Of a stretch of DNA of 64,000 nucleotides, positions 60,235 through 64,000 are shown piece by piece. Origin of the DNA: Cyanobacteria bacterium P01_D01_bin.156 (GTDB lineage Bacteria; Cyanobacteriota; Cyanobacteriia; Phormidesmidales; Phormidesmidaceae). The DNA lies in NCBI GenBank assembly GCA_039024555.1, contig JBCCQQ010000001.1:64001-128000 (forward strand), in the 5' to 3' direction. The notes beneath the pieces are model-generated. The model was not told the origin of the DNA. It saw only the letters and a list, made by a program, of their open reading frames with translations, and made no database searches. Position numbers and translations under genes: made by a program. The first letter of the stretch is position 1, and each line of letters begins with the position of its first letter.

Positions 60235-63200
60235 TTAATTGACTTTAGCTCTAAACCGGATATAGCCATAGGCTGCACTTGTGGTTCCACCTGGGCCTAC
60301 ATGGGATACATCACCCACATCTACAACAACAGCGCCATTGTCATTAACGGCAGAACAAGTGACAGATGGAGCTTCTCCTGGATTATAGAAAGTTCCTGAA
60401 TCCCCGTCGTTGGCACTCGTGAAAAATATTGACCCTAACGCTGTTGATAATTCAATGCCCAGGTCAGTAGTGCCAATACCATCAATCGAACCAGTATTAG
60501 CATTAAAAGAGTTATTAACAAATGTGGTGTATTGAGGGACCAGATCACAGAAACCTATACCCCTAACATCAGTGCCGCCATTGGATAGGTAATAAATGGT
60601 GTACTCCAGCGTATCCCCTGAGACAATAGTGCCCCCATCGATTTCTCCTTTTAGGTAGTCATCAGGCCAATTATCATCGTTATCATTGACGTCGTTGGGG
60701 TCATCTACGATGTTTGTGAGCAACTCACCATTGATGGCCGTGATACGTTTGACTAGGACTAAATTGCTCGGCACTCGCACTGATACCGGTACGGCATTGG
60801 ATTCAAGTAACCCAAGCAAATCCTCAACTCGCCCACCCCACACGTTTGTATAAACATCACCAGACTGGTTCCCATCAGTATCCATGGTAATCACCAGGGT
60901 GCGGGTGGGAGTATTTTTGAGAAACGCAGGAGTCGCAATGCGGGTAGCTGTTACATCGGCTACTGTTGTGGGGCAGCCTGCTGTACCCAATTGAGGCAGC
61001 GTACACCACTGGGTTGCCCCCCCTGGCTGGTTAGTAGCATCCTCTGGATCAAAGCTAATACTAGCCGGAGTTGCATTGGTATAGCGAAAAGTCTCACCGT
61101 TAGTACCAGTGATACTGAAAAACTCCAAACTTCCAGAATAATTGGTAGCTGGTGTACGGCCATCTCCTATATATGGCAGGATGTCGATGAAGTCACCAGT
61201 ACCTACATCAACGGTGCCGGTGTTGGCATACTTTAGTTCATAGGTAAAACCTTCGTCCTGTTCAATTAGCTGATGCGGAACCTCTTTAACAATGCCAAAG
61301 GCAGCGGCATTACCAATAGTCACACCACGAACAGCAGTTCTAGCCGATTCGGGCGTAGCGTCATCTGGAGATTCAATGACGACTGTATTGAGAGCTTGGG
61401 TATTGTTTGGAACATCGAATTTAGCCTGAGCATCAAAGATAATCTCTGGCAGCGGTTGATTTGGCACACTGGGGCCGAAGTCCCATTGTAAAATGGTAGT
61501 GCCATCCGGATTGACAACAACAGTATCTGGAATAATATTGGCGGAGCCTGGAACATAGGTGAATTCGATGGGTAAAATATCCCGAACCAACACTTCTGGA
61601 TTAACTGGAGCTGGATCAACTATTGCTGTCACCGAAGGTTGCAAACGAAACCCAACGGTATCCCCTGCCACCATAGAGTTAACAGTGTCGTCTGGCATAG
61701 TCTCTTTAGTAACGCGGACGATGCCTCGACTTAAAAACAGACGATCGCCCCAGGCTTTACTACCAGTATGGTTGCTGGGGACATAGGTTCCGTGGTACCA
61801 ACCATTGCGCGCATTGGCGTTAGATACTGTCCACGGCAAGGTAGGTGTACTCACAGCCGAGAAGTTGGGCATCAGAGCACCCGTCGGAATTTTGGTGGTA
61901 GTGCCGGGATAAAAGTTGCGGGCAATGAAGTTTACAGCTAGGTCCATGGTAGAGCCTGCAGGAAAGTCTTCTAATGCAATAAATCGAATTTTGGTGATGA
62001 CATCCACACCACCGGGTACCGCCGTCATATCGGTATACCAGCCGTCAGCACTTTCTGCATCATTACAGGTGGCAGTACGCATGGCATCGTAGCTAGAGTA
62101 GGTGCCAGCATTGCCGTTTTCATCTCCGGTTCCATACTCAATTTTATAGTCATAGGCAGGACCACCGTTAAACACTCGCACAGCGGTCGTTGAGTCACCA
62201 GGGATGGGAGTAAGTTGGAGGGTGTTGCTATCGAACTTTTCGCAGTAGCGGTAATCTTCCCAATCTAAAATAGCATTGTTATGACCATAGAGACGTTTGG
62301 CAAAGTTTTGCCCCGGCATAACTACGCCATCGCCACTGTTGCGATTGGTCATCGGGAAAAGTATGCTCCCTCTAGCAGTAATGCTACGGGAGTAGTATTG
62401 ATTAAAGCTACCGCCTGCAGCAATTAGGGTGAAGGTACGGGTATTGTTATCGGGATCATTATTGGTGCTCGGAGTGGATGGATCGTTGTTAGTTTGACCG
62501 CTAACGCTTTGATTAGTGACTCGGGAGTACTGATTAGTAAGTTTGAGGTCACCACCATTGTCTAGAATTTCGGAGGTGGGAATCCATATTTCAATGGTCC
62601 CTGAAATCAGGTAAGACTCATTTGCCGGTAACGAGCCCCCACTACGGTGCTGTGAGGGTACATGGTTGCCAGTGGTGTCTGCGCCAGTGATGGTAATCGT
62701 AATGGGGTCGCCGGGATTAGCCTGACTACAGCTCCAGTCACCGGAATCGGCTACTGCACGTTCGGGGTTAGCACCTGCCACCGATAGATTACCGTGAGGT
62801 AAGAACCATTCTCCAATATTATTTTGACCTGGCTCTGAGTTCCAGGCACAGCCTCGGTGATTCCCCCCCCAGTCATACAGCCTGGCACCGGGTACCGGAG
62901 ATTCGGCTACACCATCCTTACCATTCGGGTCACTCAAGAAGTCACCAAATAACGTATCGGTGATGACGATATCGCCCACTAGGGGCTCACTTCCTTTGCC
63001 ATTTGGACCTGCCAGCATGGTCAGGGGATAGCGAACAACAACCCCGTCTGTACCATCGGGAGCCTGACGTACACCTAACTGTCGAGAAGAACGATTTTTA
63101 CGCAGGTCGGCTTGGGGGCTCGCAGAAACGATGGTTTCGACGACCGGGGCAGTGACTGAAGCCGATGTATCAGATGAAAACTCACCCGTTGCTGCAACGA

Positions 63201-63687
63201 TATCGTTGTTGGCAACGTAGGTGCTGTCCGGGCGCTGACCAATGACCCGTGCCGAAATTTCGATAAAGCCATTGCTGCCGCTGGCAATATCTCCTAGATA
63301 GCAGTCAACGGTTTGGGAGTCATCAGGCTCAATGACGATAGCTGATGGCGGCTTGCAAACAGCCGGTAGCTCAGTCCATTCTTGATCAGAGGAAATATTA
63401 GCTGTAAGGACGACGTTTTCTGCATCGCCGTTATTGACGGCATATTCCCATTTATAGATAATTTCGTCCAGAGTGCGGATAATGTTATTAGTCGGGCTGG
63501 AGTCGTTTCCAGGCGAGTCATCGGCGCTAAAGGGAGTCGTACCGGTGACGCTGGTGGAGAAGTTAAAGGTAATATCTGCCGCATTGGCCGGTGATGCAAT
63601 GTTGAGAAGTAGCGAAATCGCAACTCCAATCGCAAAATAAAATATTCTCAGCTTTGGTAAAGCTATTGGGTAACGAAACCGTTGCAT
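60235..63687 (-). CDS. Giant adhesin 3, paralog of adhesin 2, convergent
   Basis: Signal ..PANA|A; GTTPF..GNDS..NNIIRTLD; LVLVKRITAING..YGYIRFRAKVN*. ATG 63687 preferred. Confidence 0.88.
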   Translation of the reverse strand: MQRFRYPIALPKLRIFYFAIGVAISLLLNIASPANAADITFNFSTSVTGTTPFSADDSPGNDSSPTNNIIRTLDEIIYKWEYAVNNGDAENVVLTANISSDQEWTELPAVCKPPSAIVIEPDDSQTVDCYLGDIASGSNGFIEISARVIGQRPDSTYVANNDIVAATGEFSSDTSASVTAPVVETIVSASPQADLRKNRSSRQLGVRQAPDGTDGVVVRYPLTMLAGPNGKGSEPLVGDIVITDTLFGDFLSDPNGKDGVAESPVPGARLYDWGGNHRGCAWNSEPGQNNIGEWFLPHGNLSVAGANPERAVADSGDWSCSQANPGDPITITITGADTTGNHVPSQHRSGGSLPANESYLISGTIEIWIPTSEILDNGGDLKLTNQYSRVTNQSVSGQTNNDPSTPSTNNDPDNNTRTFTLIAAGGSFNQYYSRSITARGSILFPMTNRNSGDGVVMPGQNFAKRLYGHNNAILDWEDYRYCEKFDSNTLQLTPIPGDSTTAVRVFNGGPAYDYKIEYGTGDENGNAGTYSSYDAMRTATCNDAESADGWYTDMTAVPGGVDVITKIRFIALEDFPAGSTMDLAVNFIARNFYPGTTTKIPTGALMPNFSAVSTPTLPWTVSNANARNGWYHGTYVPSNHTGSKAWGDRLFLSRGIVRVTKETMPDDTVNSMVAGDTVGFRLQPSVTAIVDPAPVNPEVLVRDILPIEFTYVPGSANIIPDTVVVNPDGTTILQWDFGPSVPNQPLPEIIFDAQAKFDVPNNTQALNTVVIESPDDATPESARTAVRGVTIGNAAAFGIVKEVPHQLIEQDEGFTYELKYANTGTVDVGTGDFIDILPYIGDGRTPATNYSGSLEFFSITGTNGETFRYTNATPASISFDPEDATNQPGGATQWCTLPQLGTAGCPTTVADVTATRIATPAFLKNTPTRTLVITMDTDGNQSGDVYTNVWGGRVEDLLGLLESNAVPVSVRVPSNLVLVKRITAINGELLTNIVDDPNDVNDNDDNWPDDYLKGEIDGGTIVSGDTLEYTIYYLSNGGTDVRGIGFCDLVPQYTTFVNNSFNANTGSIDGIGTTDLGIELSTALGSIFFTSANDGDSGTFYNPGEAPSVTCSAVNDNGAVVVDVGDVSHVGPGGTTSAAYGYIRFRAKVN

Positions 63688-64000
63688 GATAGACCCTGAC
63701 AAGAAACTCTTGGACAGGACAACAAAAATAGCGCGTATTTTGTGATGTCCTCAAGCCTGGTAGATGGCTATGATAATGGACTTAAAGCACCATATTTAAG
63801 CTACCCGTCAGGGATCAATCAATTTATAGGCATATTAGCCGAAAGTAAAAGACTAAATTCATCAGTGATTCAGCAAATTTACAGTCTTTCAACACTCCTC
63901 TCAAATTTTGAAAAACCTAAACATGAGGTTTTTTGCCATTATCCAACGTCATTCATCGTTGCTGATTCAACCAAGAAAACAATGCATTAACATTATTAGC

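Noticed and set aside
54735..60770. DGR template/variable repeat pair among adhesin C-termini
   Set aside because: Differences look mostly synonymous rather than adenine-specific, and there is no RT gene.
63742..63990. 82-aa ORF at the window end
   Set aside because: AT-rich, no motif; likely the promoter region of adhesin 3.

Overview
Chromosomal window from a cyanobacterium, probably a filamentous non-heterocystous Leptolyngbya-like strain (inferred from hetZ/patU, urease and HIP1 GCGATCGC sites). It has three parts. (1) 1-15.1 kb is an accessory island abutting the 3' end of tRNA-Gln(UUG). It holds the 5' part of a giant DUF4114/Ig/vWA surface-protein gene missed by the ORF track, nested IS elements (ISKra4 in IS1 beside an IS630 remnant; IS4 in IS630), a NACHT-TM protein with an RHIM-like N-terminal motif, an S8 protease, a YhcG/DUF1016 nuclease and a ~220-nt fold-back element. 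(2) 15.3-37.1 kb is core genome: YheT hydrolase, recF, argD, transglutaminase, patU-hetZ, a urease cluster with interleaved genes, M20 hydrolase, bioD, Ser/Thr kinase and a GAF kinase lacking the phospho-His. (3) 37.6-63.7 kb is an eight-gene DUF11/CnaB-like cluster with a large outer-membrane beta-barrel and an OmpA anchor. The main hypothesis is that part 3 encodes an uncharacterised fimbrial system. Five proteins end in a DUF11-like domain that seems to lack its last Asn-bearing strand, and two begin with such a strand after the signal peptide. That pattern suggests donor-strand complementation with possible intermolecular Lys-Asn isopeptide cross-links. All family assignments are by-eye motif recognition; no searches were run.
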